This document shows positions 1 to 15,700 of a stretch of 64,000 bases of DNA, one piece after another; the stretch's first letter is position 1; each line of letters opens with the position of its first letter. The position numbers were made by a program, and so were the translations under genes. Origin of the DNA: Eledone cirrhosa (Eukaryota); contig OZ024744.1 in the NCBI GenBank assembly GCA_964016885.1, positions 115,320,001 through 115,384,000 on the forward strand, in the 5' to 3' direction. The notes beneath the pieces were generated by a model. The model did no database searches. It was given only the letters and a program-made list of their open reading frames with translations, and had not been told where the DNA came from.

Positions 1-3000
1 ACCTGTTTCACTTTGGAGGTGAATATTACACCTGTTTCACTTTGGAGGTGAATATTACACCTGTTTCACTTTGGAGGTCAATATTACACCTGTTTCACTT
101 TGGAGGTCAATATTACACCTGTTGTACTTTGGTGGTCAATATTACACCTGTTATACTTTGGTGGTCAATATTACACCTGTTTCACTTTGGAGGTGAATAT
201 TACACCTGTTATACTTTGGTGGTCAATATTACACCTGTTATACTTTGGTGGTCAATATTACACCTGTTTCACTTTGGTGGTCAATATTACACCTGTTATA
301 CTTTGGAGGTCAATATTACACCTGTTATACTTTGGAGGTCAATATTACACCTGTTATACTTTGGTGGTCAATATTACACCTGTTTCGCTTTGGAGGTGAA
401 TATTACACCTGTTTCACTTTGGAGGTCAATATTACACCTGTTTCACTTTGGTGGTCAATATTACACCTGTTATACTTTGGAGGTGAATATTACACCTGTT
501 ATACTTTGGTGGTCAATATTACACCTGTTATACTTTGGTGGTCAATATTACACCTGTTTCACTTTGGTGGTCAATATTACACCTGTTATACTTTGGAGGT
601 CAATATTACACCTGTTTCACTTTGGAGGTCAATATTACACCTGTTATACTTTGGTGGTCAATATTACACCTGTTATACTTTGGTGGTCAATATTACACCT
701 GTTATACTTTGGTGGTCAATATTACACCAGTTTCACTTTGGAGGTCAATATTACACCTGTTTCACTTTGGTGGTCAATATTACACCTGTTTCACTTTGGT
801 GGTCAATATTACACCTGTTATACTTTGGTGGTCAATATTACACCTGTTATACTTTGGTGGTCAATATTACACCTGTTTCACTTTGGTGGTCAATATTACA
901 CCTGTTATACTTTGGAGGTCAATATTACACCTGTTATACTTTGGTGGTCAATATTACACCTGTTTCGCTTTGGAGGTGAATATTACGCCTGTTTCACTTT
1001 GGAGGTCAATATTACACCTGTTATACTTTGGTGGTCAATATTACACCTGTTATACTTTGGTGGTCAATATTACACCAGTTTCACTTTGGAGGTCAATATT
1101 ACACCTGTTTCACTTTGGTGGTCAATATTACACCTGTTTCACTTTGGTGGTCAATATTACACCTGTTATACTTTGGTGGTCAATATTACACCTGTTTCGC
1201 TTTGGAGGTGAATATTACACCTGTTTCACTTTGGAGGTGAATATTACACCTGTTTCGCTTTGGTGGTCAATATTACACCTGTTTCACTTTGGTGGTCAAT
1301 ATTACACCTGTTATACTTTGGTGGTCAATATTACACCTGTTATACTTTGGTGGTCAATATTACACCTGTTATACTTTGGAGGTCAATATTACACCTGTTA
1401 TACTTTGGTGGTCAATATTACACCTGTTATACTTTGGAGAGGAATATTACACCTGTTTCACTTTGGAGGTGAATATTACACCTGTTTCGCTTTGGAGGTG
1501 AATATTACACCTGTTTCACTTTGGTGGTCAATATTACACCTGTTATACTTTGGTGGTCAATATTACACCTGTTTCACTTTGGTGGTCAATATTACACCTG
1601 TTATACTTTGGTGGTCAATATTACACCTGTTTCGCTTTGGAGGTGAATATTACACCTGTTTCACTTTGGTGGTCAATATTACACCTGTTATACTTTGGTG
1701 GTCAATATTACACCTGTTTCACTTTGGTGGTCAATATTACACCTGTTATACTTTGGTGGTGAATATTACACCTGTTATACTTTGGTGGTCAATATTACAC
1801 CTGTTATACTTTGGTGGTCAATATTACACCTGTTATACTTTGGAGAGGAATATTACACCTGTTTCACTTTGGTGGTCAATATTACACCTGTTATACTTTG
1901 GTGGTCAATATTACACCTGTTTCACTTTGGAGAGGAATATTACACCTGTTTCACTTTGGAGAGGAATATTACACCTGTTTCACTTTGGAGGTCAATATTA
2001 CACCTGTTGTACTTTGGTGGTCAATATTACACCTGTTATACTTTGGAAGTCAATATTACACCTGTTATACTTTGGTGGTCAATATTACACCTGTTTCACT
2101 TTGGTGGTCAATATTACACCTGTTTCACTTTGGTGGTCAATATTACACCTGTTATACTTTGGTGGTCAATATTACACCTGTTTCACTTTGGAGGTCAATA
2201 TTACACCTGTTATACTTTGGAGGTCAATATTACACCTGTTATACTTTGGTGGTGAATATTACACCTGTTTCACTTAGGTGGTCAATATTACACCTGTTAT
2301 ACTTTGGAGGTCAATATTACACCTGTTATACTTTGGTGGTGAATATTTCACCTGTTTCACTTTGGTGGTCAATATTACACCTGTTTCACTTTGGAGGTCA
2401 ATATTACACCTGTTATACTTTGGAGGTCAATATTACACCTGTTTCACTTTGGTGGTCAACATTACACCTGTTATACTTTCGAGGTCAATATTACACCTGT
2501 TATACTTTGGTGGTGAATATTACACCTGTTATACTTTGGTGGTCAATATTACACCTGTTATACTTTGGTGGTCAATATTACACCTGTTATACTTTGGAGG
2601 TCAATATTACACCTGTTATACTTTGGTGGTCAATATTACACCTGTTATACTTTGGTGGTCAATATTACACCTGTTTCACTTTGGTGGTCAATATTACACA
2701 TATTATACTTTGGTGGTCAATATTATACCTGTTATACTTTGGTGGTCAATATTACACCTGTTATACTTTGGTGGTCAATATTACACCTGTTATACTTTGG
2801 TGGTCAATATTACACCTGTTTCACTTTGGTGGTGAATATTACACCTGTTATACTTTGGTGGTCAATATTACACCTGTTATACTTTGGTGGTCAATATTAC
2901 ACCTGTTATACTTTGGTGGTCAATATTACACCTGTTTCGCTTTGGAGGTGAATATTACACCTGTTTCACTTTGGAGGTCAATATTACACCTGTTATACTT

Positions 3001-3602
3001 TGGTGGTCAATATTACACCTGTTTCTCTTTGGTGGTCAATATTACACCTGTTATACTTTGGTGGTCAATATTACACCTGTTTCTCTTTGGTGGTCAATAT
3101 TACACTTAAGTATCACTTTAGAAGGAGAATCAGGGTGGAGAGAGAGGCACTGCACCCCAGTAAATTTACTGAAAGGTGGGTGAATGAAGCGAAAATGGCC
3201 CGAGTGATTGGGCCTTCTCTGTTTATAAGCCTGTAGGTTGAGGAAGAGAGCAAAAGGAAGAAAGGAGCACTTGCACAACACGCTCCTTGAGTTGAGGGTT
3301 GTTCTATCGACGGGGTATTAAACAACCCATTTGTGGCGCCTCCCCCCTATTGGGGATTTCGATTGTTAAAATTGTTTGTTTGTTTTTATATTTTTTACAC
3401 GACTGTATGTAAAATCCCCGGCATGTCTTTGTATTGTCCCCTTTCTTGTTGCGCCCTTGTGGCTAATAAAGAAATCAATATTACACCTGTTATACTTTGG
3501 TGGTCAATATTACACCTGTTGTACTTTGGTGGTCAATATTACACCTGTTTCACTTTGGTGGTCAATATTACACCTGTTATACTTTGGTGGTCAATATTAC
3601 AC
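1..3602. repeat. 29-bp minisatellite, ~110 copies in window, running off the left edge; consensus TACACCTGTT(AT/TC)ACTTTGG(T/A)GGTCAATAT
   Basis: Direct tandem repeat read from the sequence, interrupted once at 3106-3474. Confidence 0.98.
3106..3474 (+). mobile_element. 5'-truncated L1/Tx1-type LINE 3' end inserted in the 29-bp minisatellite
   Basis: Encodes KYHFRRRIRVEREALHPSKFTERWVNEAKMARV, followed by a 3'UTR ending AATAAAGAAA. Flanked by the 12-bp duplication TCAATATTACAC (3094-3105 and 3475-3486). A near-identical copy lies on the minus strand at ~41330-41691. The clade call is inferred from adjacency to the L1/Tx1-like RT at 40375-41300. Confidence 0.8.
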
Positions 3603-6600
3603 TGGTACACCCAGCTTCAATGTTGCTCAGAAGAAAGAAGCTTGGAAATGTTACTATGAGAGGTTAATGAATGTAGAGAATGAATGGGAGGAAGGGAGAG
3701 TCTACGACTAACTGACCCAACAGAAGGACCAGCTTTTGAAGTTGACAGTTATAGGGCCAAAGAAGCAATCAAGGAGATGAAGAATGATACAGCAAGAGAG
3801 CAACTGAAGCAATTAAGGTGTGTCGGGGATAGTCACTGAGATACTGAGAAAGCATCTGAAGAAGTTGGAGTTAAGACAGTAACCCTCAAAAATCAATCAA
3901 GTAATACATGACGAAGTCATACCCAATGACTAGTCTGACAGTATAATAGTCAATTATTTCTATGGTACAGACATCTCTCACCAACCTAGTCTACCAGATA
4001 ATATAGGACAGAGACATACACAATGACTGGTCTAACAGTATAATAGTCAATTATTTCTATGGTACAGACATCTCTCACCAACATAGTCTACCAGATAATA
4101 TAGGACAGAGACATACACAATGACTGGTCTAACAGTATAATAGTCAATTATTTCTATGGTACAGACATCTCTCACCAACATAGTCTACCAGATAATATAG
4201 GACAGAGACATACACAATGACTGGTCTAACAGTATAATAGTCAATTATTTCTATGGTACAGACATCTCTCACTAACCTAGTCTACCAGATAATATAGGAC
4301 AGAGACATACCCAATGACTGGTCTAACAGTATAATAGTCAATTATTTCTATGGTACAGACATCTCTCACTAACCTAGTCTACCAGATAATATAGGACAGA
4401 GACATACCCAATGACTGGTCTAACAGTATAATAGTCAATTATTTCTATGGTACAGACATCTCTCACTAACCTAGTCTACCAGATAATATAGGACAGAGAC
4501 ATACCCAATGACTGGTCTGACAGTATAATAGTCAATTATTTCTATGGTACAGTCATCTCTCACCAACATAGTCTACCAGATAATATAGGACAGAGACATA
4601 CCCAATGACTGGTCTGACAGTATAATAGTCAATTATTTCTATGGTACAGACATCTCTCACCAACCTAGTCTACCAGATAATATAGGACAGAGACATACAC
4701 AATGACTGGTCTAACAGTATAATAGTCAATTATTTCTATGGTACAGACATCTCTCACCAACATAGCCTACCAGATAATATAGGACAGAGACATACACAAT
4801 GACTGGTCTAACAGTATAATAGTCAATTATTTCTATGGTACAGACATCTCTCACTAACCTAGTCTACCAGATAATATAGGACAGAGACATACCCAATGAC
4901 TGGTCTAACAGTATAATAGTCAATTATTTCTATGGTACAGACATCTCTCACTAACCTAGTCTACCAGATAATATAGGACAGAGACATACCCAATGACTGG
5001 TCTAACAGTATAATAGTCAATTATTTCTATGGTACAGACATCTCTCACTAACCTAGTCTACCAGATAATATAGGACAGAGACATACCCAATGACTGGTCT
5101 AACAGTATAATAGTCAATTATTTCTATGGTACAGACATCTCTCACTAACCTAGTCTACCAGATAATATAGGACAGAGACATACCCAATGACTGGTCTGAC
5201 AGTATAATAGTCAATTATTTCTATGGTACAGTCATCTCTCACCAACATAGTCTACCAGATAATATAGGACAGAGACATACCCAATGACTGGTCTGACAGT
5301 ATAATAGTCAATTATTTCTATGGTACAGACATCTCTCACCAACATAGTCTACCAGATAATATAGGACAGAGACATATCCAATGACTGGTCTAACAGTATA
5401 ATAGTCAATTATTTCTATGGTACAGTCATCTCTCACCAACATAGTCTACCAGATAATATAGGACAGAGACATACCCAATGACTGGTCTGACAGTATAATA
5501 GTCAATTATTTCTATGGTACAGTCATCTCTCACCAACATAGTCTACCAGATAATATAGGACAGAGACATACCCAATGACTGGTCTAACAGTATAATAGTC
5601 AATTATTTCTATGGTACAGACATCTCTCACTAACCTAGTCTACCAGATAATATAGGACAGAGACATACCCAATGACTGGTCTAACAGTATAATAGTCAAT
5701 TATTTCTATGGTACAGTCATCTCTCACCAACATAGTCTACCAGATAATATAGGACAGAGACATACCCAATGACTAGTCTAACAGTATAATAGTCAATTAT
5801 TTCTATGGTACAGTCATCTCTCACCAACATAGTCTACCAGATAATATAGGACAGAGACATACCCAATGACTGGTCTAACAGTAGAATAATCAATTATTTC
5901 TATGGTACAGACATCTCTCACTAACATAGTCTACCAGATAATATAGGACAGAGACATACCCAATGACTGGTCTAACAGTATAATAGTCAATTATTTCTAT
6001 GGTACAGACATCTCTCATTAACATAGTCTACCAGATAATATAGGACAGAGACATACCCAATGACTGGTCTAACAGTATAATAGTCAATTATTTCTATGGT
6101 ACAAACATCTCTCACCAACATAGTCTACCAGATAATATAGGACAGAGACATACCCAATGACTGGTCTAACAGTATAATAGTCAATTATTTCTATGGTACA
6201 GACATCTCTCACCAACATAGTCTACCAGATAATATAGGACAGAGACATACCCAATGACTGGTCTAACAGTACAATAATCAATTATTTCTATGGTACAGAC
6301 ATCTCTCACTAACCTAGTCTACCAGATAATATAGGACAGAGACATACCCAATGACTGGTGCAGCAGTACAATCATAAATTGCTACAAGGTCAAGGGTGAT
6401 GCTTTAGAGAGGAGCAACTATAGAGGAATATAATTAATGGGCCAAATTATGAAAGTGAGAGAAAGAGTTATTGCACTACTAAGAAGAGAAAGAGTTAAAT
6501 TAGATGAGGTGCAGTTTGGTTCCATGCGTGTGTAAAGTATTACAGATTCACTTTTTTTAGTGAAACAACTACATGGGAAGTTTCTAACAATTAGTGTTTG

Positions 6601-6740
6601 TTGATGGGGAGAAAGCATTTCACAGAATAGTTCATCCTGTCATCTGGTGGTCCTAAAAGAACCAAGATGTAGGAGGAATGACTAATGGCAGTAGAGGATC
6701 CATGAGTAGGTAATGAGTTTATTAACAAAGTCAAGGTACA
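3603..6740 (+). mobile_element. Decayed RTE-clade LINE ORF fragment (linker to RT N-terminus), split by an internal 97-bp tandem array
   Basis: The left part translates KKEAWKCYYERLMNVENEWEE. The right part translates PNDWCSSTIINCYKVKGDALERSNYRGI*LMGQIMKVRERVIALLRRERVKLDEVQFG...EKAF, colinear with the RTE RT at 40370-40050. Stops and frameshifts are present. Confidence 0.88.
3920..6358 (+). repeat. 97-bp tandem satellite, ~25 copies, derived from RTE ORF sequence
   Basis: Period 97 (CAATGACTGG at 4021 and 4118). The unit translates LTNIVYQII*DRDIPNDWSNSIIVNYFYG. Confidence 0.95.
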
Positions 6741-6744
6741 AACC

Positions 6745-9700
6745 CTTACACTACCACCTACACTACTGTACCGCTTACACTAACACCATTCACTACTGTA
6801 CCACTTATACTACCATCTACACTACTGTTACACTTATACTGCCACCTTCACTACTGTACCAATTATACCACAACATACACTACTGTACCACTTATACTGC
6901 CACCTAAACTACTGTACCACTTACACGACCACCTACACTACTGTATCATTTACACTATGACCTACACTACTGTATCACTTACACTACCACCTACACTACA
7001 GTACCACCTACACTACTGCACCATTTAAACTACCACCTACAATACTGTACCACTTACACTACTGTACCACTTATACTACCACCTACACTACTGCACCATT
7101 TACACTACCACCTACACTACTGTAACACTTATACTATCACCTACACTACTGTACCACTAAGACTACTGTACCACTTATACTACCAACTACACTACTGTAC
7201 CACTTATACTACCACCTACACTACTGTATCACTTACACTAACACCTACACTACTGTACCACTTATACTACCAGTTACACTACTGTTACACTTAAACTACT
7301 ACCTACACTACTGTACCACTTACACTACTACCTACACTACTGTACCACTTACACTACTACCTTCACTACTGTACCAATTATACCACCACTGTACCACCTA
7401 CACTACTGCACCATTTACACTACCACCTACAATACTGTACTGACTTACACTACCACCTACAATACTGTACCATTTACACTACCACCTACACTACTGTATC
7501 ACTTATACTATCACCTACACTACTGAACCACTTATCCTACCACCTTCACTACTGTACCACTTACATTACCACTTATACTACCAGCTACATTACTGTTACA
7601 CTTATACTACCACCTACACTACTGTACCACCGACACTACCACCTTCACTACTGTACCTATTATACCACAACATACACTACTGTACCGCTTACACTGCCAT
7701 CTACACTACTGTACCATTTACACTATGACCTACACTACTGTATCACTTACACTACTACCTACACTACTGTACCACCTACACTTCTTTACCACCTACACTA
7801 CTGTACCACTTATACTACCACCTACACTACTGCACCATTTACACTACCACCTACACTACTGTACCACTTATACTATCACCTACACTACTGTACCACTTAT
7901 ACTACCACCTACACTACTGTACCACTTACACTACCACCTACACTACTGTACCACTTATACTACCACCTAAACTACTGTACCACTTATACTACCACCTACA
8001 CTACTGTATCACTTACACTAACACCTACACTACTGTACCACTTACACTACTACCTTCACTACTGTACCAATTATACCACCACTTTACTACTTATACTACC
8101 ACCTAAACGACTGTACCACTTATACTACCACCTAAACTACTGTACCACTTATACTACCACCTAAACTACTGTACCACTTATACTACCACCTACACTACTG
8201 TACCACTAATACTACCACCTAAACTACTGTACCACTTATACTACCGGCTACACTACTGTTACACTTAAACTACCACCTACACTACTGTACCACTTACACT
8301 ACTACCTTCACTACTGTACCAATTATACCACCACTGTACCACTTATACTACCACCTACACTACTGCACCATTTACACTACCACCTACAATACCGTACTGA
8401 CTTACACTACCACCTACAATACTGTACCATTTACACTACCACCTACACTACTGTATCACTTATACTATCACCTACACTACTGCACCATTTACACTACCAC
8501 CTACACTACTGTAACACTTATACTATCACCTACACTACTGTACCACTAAGACTACTGTACCACTTATACTACCAACTACACTACTGTACCACTTATACTA
8601 CCACCTACACTACTGCACCATTTACACTACCACCTACAATACCGTACTGACTTACACTACCACCTACAATACTGTACCATTTACACTACCACCTACACTA
8701 CTGTATCACTTATACTATCACCTACACTACTGCACCATTTACACTACCACCTACACTACTGTAACACTTATACTATCACCTACACTACTGTACCACTAAG
8801 ACTACTGTACCACTTATACTACCAACTACACTACTGTACCACTTATACTACTACCTACACTACTGTACCACTTACACTACTACCTACACTACTGTACCAC
8901 TTACACTACTACCTTCACTACTGTACCAATTATACCACCACTGTACCACCTACACTACTGCACCATTTACACTACCACCTACAATACTGTACTGACTTAC
9001 ACTACCACCTACAATACTGTACCATTTACACTACCACCTACACTACTGTATCACTTATACTATCACCTACACTACTGAACCACTTATCCTACCACCTTCA
9101 CTACTGTACCACTTACATTACCACTTATACTACCAGCTACATTACTGTTACACTTATACTACCACCTACACTACTGTACCACCGACACTACCACCTTCAC
9201 TACTGTACCTATTATACCACAACATACACTACTGTACCGCTTACACTGCCATCTACACTACTGTACCATTTACACTATGACCTACACTACTGTATCACTT
9301 ACACTACTACCTACACTACTGTACCACCTACACTTCTTTACCACCTACACTACTGTACCACTTATACTACCACCTACACTACTGCACCATTTACACTACC
9401 ACCTACACTACTGTACCACTTATACTATCACCTACACTACTGTACCACTTATACTACCACCTACACTACTGTACCACTTACACTACCACCTACACTACTG
9501 TACCACTTATACTACCACCTAAACTACTGTACCACTTATACTACCACCTACACTACTGTATCACTTACACTAACACCTACACTACTGTACCACTTACACT
9601 ACTACCTTCACTACTGTACCAATTATACCACCACTTTACTACTTATACTACCACCTAAACGACTGTACCACTTATACTACCACCTAAACTACTGTACCAC

Positions 9701-12700
9701 TTATACTACCACCTAAACTACTGTACCACTTATACTACCACCTACACTACTGTACCACTAATACTACCACCTAAACTACTGTACCACTTATACTACCACC
9801 TACACTACTGTACCACTTACACTACTACCTTCACTACTGTACCAATTATACCACCACTGTACCACTTATACTACCACCTACACTACTGCACCATTTACAC
9901 TACCACCTACAATACCGTACTGACTTACACTACCACCTACAATACTGTACCATTTACACTACCACCTACACTACTGTATCACTTATACTATCACCTACAC
10001 TACTGTACCGCTTATACTACCACATACACTACTGCAGCATTTACACTACCACCTACAATACTGTACTGACTTACACTACCACCTACAATACTGTACCAAT
10101 TACACTACCACCTACACTACTGTATCACTTATACTATCACCTACACTACTGTACCACTTATACTACCACCTTCACTACTGTACCACTTACATTACCATCT
10201 ACACTAACTACCGTATCACTTACACTATCACCTGCACCATTTACACTACCACCTACACTACTGTATCACTTATACTATCACCTTCACTACTGTACCAATG
10301 ATTCTACCATCTAGACTATGACCACACTACAGTATCACTTACACTACCACCTACACTACTGTACCATATATACTACCACATACACTACTGTACCACTTAC
10401 ACTACCAGCTACAATACCGTATCCCTTATACTACCACCTAGACTACTGTACCAATTACACTACCACCTACACTACTGTACCCCATACACTACCACCCACA
10501 CTACTGTACGATTTACACTACCACCTACACTACTGTACCATTTATAGTAACACCTACACTACTGTACCATTTACACTACCTCCTACACTACTGTACCACT
10601 TATACTACTACCTACACTATTGTACCAGTTACACTACCACCTACAATATTGTACAAATTATAATACCACCTGCACTACTGTAACACCTACAGAACTGTAC
10701 CACTTACACTACCACCTAGACTACTGTACCACTTATAGTACCACTTACACTACTGTACAATTTATACTATCACCTACACTACTGTACCACTTACACTACC
10801 ACATACAATACTGTACCACTTATACTATCACCTACACTACTGTACCCCTTATACTACCACCTTCACTACTGTACGACTTACATTACCATCTACACTACTG
10901 TACCATTTATAGTAACACCTACACTACTGTACCATTTACACTACCTCCTACACTACTGTACCACTTATACTACTACCTACACTATTGTACCACTTACACA
11001 ACCACCTACAATACTGTACAAATAATAATACCAACTGCACTACTGTAACACCTACAGAACTGTACCACTTACACTACCACTTATACTACCACCTACAATA
11101 CTGTACCACTTATACTATCACCTACACTACTGTACCACTGACACTAATGTATCATTTGTACTACAACCTTCACTACCGTACCACATACACTACTGTATGA
11201 CTTACACTACCACCTACACTACTGTATAACTTACACTACTATACCACTTACACTACCACCTAAACTACTGTACGACTTATACTACAACCTACACTAACTA
11301 CTGTATCACTTACACTACCACCTACACTACTGTACCACTTACACTACCACATACACTACTGTACCACTTATACTATCACCTACACTACTGTACCACTTAT
11401 ACTACCATCTACACTATTGTACCACTTACACTACTATAACACTTACACTACCACCTACACTACTGTACCAATTACACTATCACTTACATTACTGTACCAC
11501 TTACACTACCTCCCACACTAGTGTACCACTTCCACTACCACCTACACTACGGTACCACTTATACTACCACCTGCACAACTGTATCACCTAGCCTACTGTA
11601 CCACTTATACAACCACCTACACTACTGAAACTCTTATACTACTGTACCACTTACACAACCACCTACACTATGGACCACTTACACTACCACCTACACAACT
11701 GTACCACTTATACTATCACCTACACTAATGTACCGCTTAAACTACCACATACACTACTGTAGCACGTATACTACCACCAAACTACTGTACCACTTATTTC
11801 AACACCTACACTACTGTATCATTTACACTACCGCCTACACTACTGTACGACTTACACTACAACCTACACTACTGTACCATTTACACTTCTGTATCATTTA
11901 CACTACCACCTACACTACAGTATCACTTATACTAACACCTAGACTACTGTACCACTTAAACTACCACCTACACTTCTTTACGACTTACACTACTGTACCA
12001 TTTATACTAACACCTAAACTACTATACCACTTACACTACCAACTACACTACTGTATCATTTACACTACCACCTACACTACTATATCGCTTACACTACCAC
12101 CTACACTTCTGTACAACTTACACTACCACCTCCACTATTGTACCATTTACACTATCTCCTACACTACTCTACCACTTACACTACTGTCACACTTATACTA
12201 CTACCTACAATATTGTACCACCTACACTACTGTACAAATTATAATACCACCTGCACTACTGTACCGCTTACACTACTGTACAACTTATACTATGACCTGC
12301 ACTACTGTATCACTTACACTACCACCTACACTACTGTACAACTTATACTATCACCTACACTACTGTACCATTTATACTACCACCTTCACTACTGTACCAC
12401 ATACACTACTGTACGAGTTACACTACCACCTACACTACTCTACCATTTATAGTAACACCTACACTACTGTACCACTTACACTACTGTACCAGGTATACTA
12501 CCACCTACATTATTGTACCATTTACACTACTGTACCACTTACACTACCACCTACACTACTGTACCAATTATAATACCACCTGCACCACTGTTCCACTTAC
12601 ACAACTGCACCACTTATACTACCACCTACACTACTGTACCACTTACACTTCTGTACCACATATACTACAACCCACACTACCTCGTACACTAATGCAGCAC

Positions 12701-15700
12701 CTACACTACTGTACCAATTATGCTACGACCGGCACTACTGTACCACCAACACTAATTACTGTACCACTTATACTACCACCTACACTACTGTAGCACTTAT
12801 ACTACCACCTACACTACTGTAGCACTTATACTACCACCTACACTACTGTACCACTTAAACTACCACCTACACTATTGTACCACTTATACCTCCACCTACA
12901 CCACTTACACTTCCACCTACACTACTGTAACATTTATACTAACACCTACACTATCGTACCACTTATACTACCACCGACACTACTTTACGACTTACACTAC
13001 CACCAACACTACTGTACCACTTACACTACCACCTCCACTACTGTACCACTTACACTATTTTAGCACGTTAACTACCACCTACACTACTGTACCATTTACA
13101 CTACCACCTACACTGCTGTACAACTTATACTACCACCTAAACTACTATTCAACCTACACTACTGTACCACTTATACTATCATCTACACTACTGTACAACT
13201 TACACTACCACCTACACTACTGTACCACACATTCTACAACCTACACTACTGCAGCACTTATACTACCACCTACACTACTGTACCAATTATGCTATGATCG
13301 GCACTACTGTACCACCTGAACTAACTACTGTACCACTTATACTACCACCTACACTACTGTAGCACTTATACTACCACCTACACTACTGTAGCACTTATAC
13401 TACCACCTACACTACTGTACAAATTATACTACCACGTACACTACTGTACCACTTATACTACCAGCTACACTACTGTACCAATTACACTACCACCTATACT
13501 TCCACCTAAACTACTGTACCACTTATACTGCTACCTACACTACTGTACCAATTATATTACCACATACATTACCACCTACACTACTGCACCACTTAAACTG
13601 TACCATTTACACTGACACCTACAATTCTGTATCACTTACACTACCACCTACACTACTGTACCAATTATATTACCACATACACTACTGTACCATTTAAACT
13701 ACTACCTACACTATTGTACCACTTATACCTCCACCTACACTACTGTACCATTTATACTAACACCTACACTATACTACCGCCGACACTACTTTACGACTTA
13801 CACTACCACCAACACTACTGTACCACCTCCACTGCTGTACCACTTACACTACCACCTACACTATTGTACCACTTTCACTACTGTACCGCTTCTACTACCA
13901 CATACACTACTGTGCCACTTACACTACTGTACCACTCATACTACCATCTACACTACTGTACCACTTATACGACCACCTACACTACTGTACTACTTATAAT
14001 ACCACCTACACTACTGTACCAATAATACCACCTGCACTACTGCACCACCTACACTACTGCACCACTTATACTACCACCTACACTACTGTATCACTTACAC
14101 TACCACCTACCTACTGTACCAATTATACTACGACGTACACTACTGTACCACTTATACTACCACCTACAATACTCTCCCACCTATACTTACAGCTAAACTA
14201 CTGTAGCACTTACACTAGTATACAACTTATACTGCCACCTACACTACTGTACGACTTATACTACCACCTACACAACCTCCCAGACTACTATACCACTTAC
14301 ACTACCACCACTGTACCACTTTTACTACCACTTATACAACTGTACCACTTACACTACCACCTACACTACTGTACCATTTACACTGACCCCTACAATTCTG
14401 TACCAGTTACACTACCACCTACACTACTGTATCATTTATTCTAACACCTACAATACTGTAGCACTTACACTACCACCTACACTATTGTACCACTTTGACT
14501 ACCACCTACACTACTGTCCCACTTACACTACCACCTACACTACTGTACCACTCATACTAACACCTACACTACTGTACCAATTATAATACCACCTGCACTA
14601 CTGTACCACTTACACTACCATCTACACTACTGTACCACTTATACTACCACCTACACTACTGTGCCACTTACACTACCACCTACACTACTGTACCACATAT
14701 ACTACCACCTACACTACTGTACCACATATACTACCACCTACACTACTGTAACACTTATACTACCACATACACTACTATACCAATTACACTAACTCCTAAA
14801 CTACTGTACCACATATACTACCACCTACACTACTGTACCACTTACACTACCTGCTACACTACTGTACTACTTATACTACCACCTACACTAATGCACCACA
14901 TATACTACCACCTACACTACACTACCTCCTACACTACTGTACCACTTATACTATCACCTACACTACTGTACCACTTACACTACCTCCTACACTACTGTAC
15001 CACCTACACTACTGTACCACTTATACTACCACCTACAATACTGTATCAATTATGCTACCACCTACACTACTGTACCACCTACACTAACTATGTACCACTT
15101 ATACTACCAACTACACTACTGTACTGCTTACACTACCAACTCCACTACTGTAGCACTTATACTACCACCTACACTACTGTACCAATTATACTACCACGTA
15201 CACTACTGTACCATTTATACTACCACCTAAACTACTGTACCACTTACACTACTGTACCACTTATACTGCCACCTACACTACTGTACGACTTATACTACCT
15301 ACTGTACCACTTGCACTACCTCCCACGCTACAGTACCACCTAAAGTACAGTACCACTTACACAACCACCACTGTAACCCTTTTACTACCACTTATACTAC
15401 CCCTACACTATTGTAGCATTCACACTGACACCTACAATTCTGTACCACTTAAACTACCACCTACACCACTGTACAACTTACACTACTACCTACACTACTG
15501 TACCACTTACACTATTGTACCACTTTCACTACCACCGACACTACTGTACCATTTACACTACCACCTACATTCCGTACCTCCTACACTATTGTACGACTTA
15601 CACTACCTCCCCCACTACTGTACCACCTACAATACAGTACCATTTACATTACCACCTACACTACTGTACCACTTATACTATCACCTACACTACTGTACCA

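Noticed and set aside
42-3109. Long overlapping ORFs (up to 580 aa) rich in VNITPVILWWSILHLLYFGGQYYTC
   Set aside because: A 29-bp stop-poor unit cycles through all three frames. There are no splice signals or domain, so this is a repeat artefact.
1-6358. CRISPR-like appearance of the 29-bp and 97-bp repeats
   Set aside because: Units are head-to-tail with no unique spacers, there are no cas genes, and the context is a eukaryotic intron.
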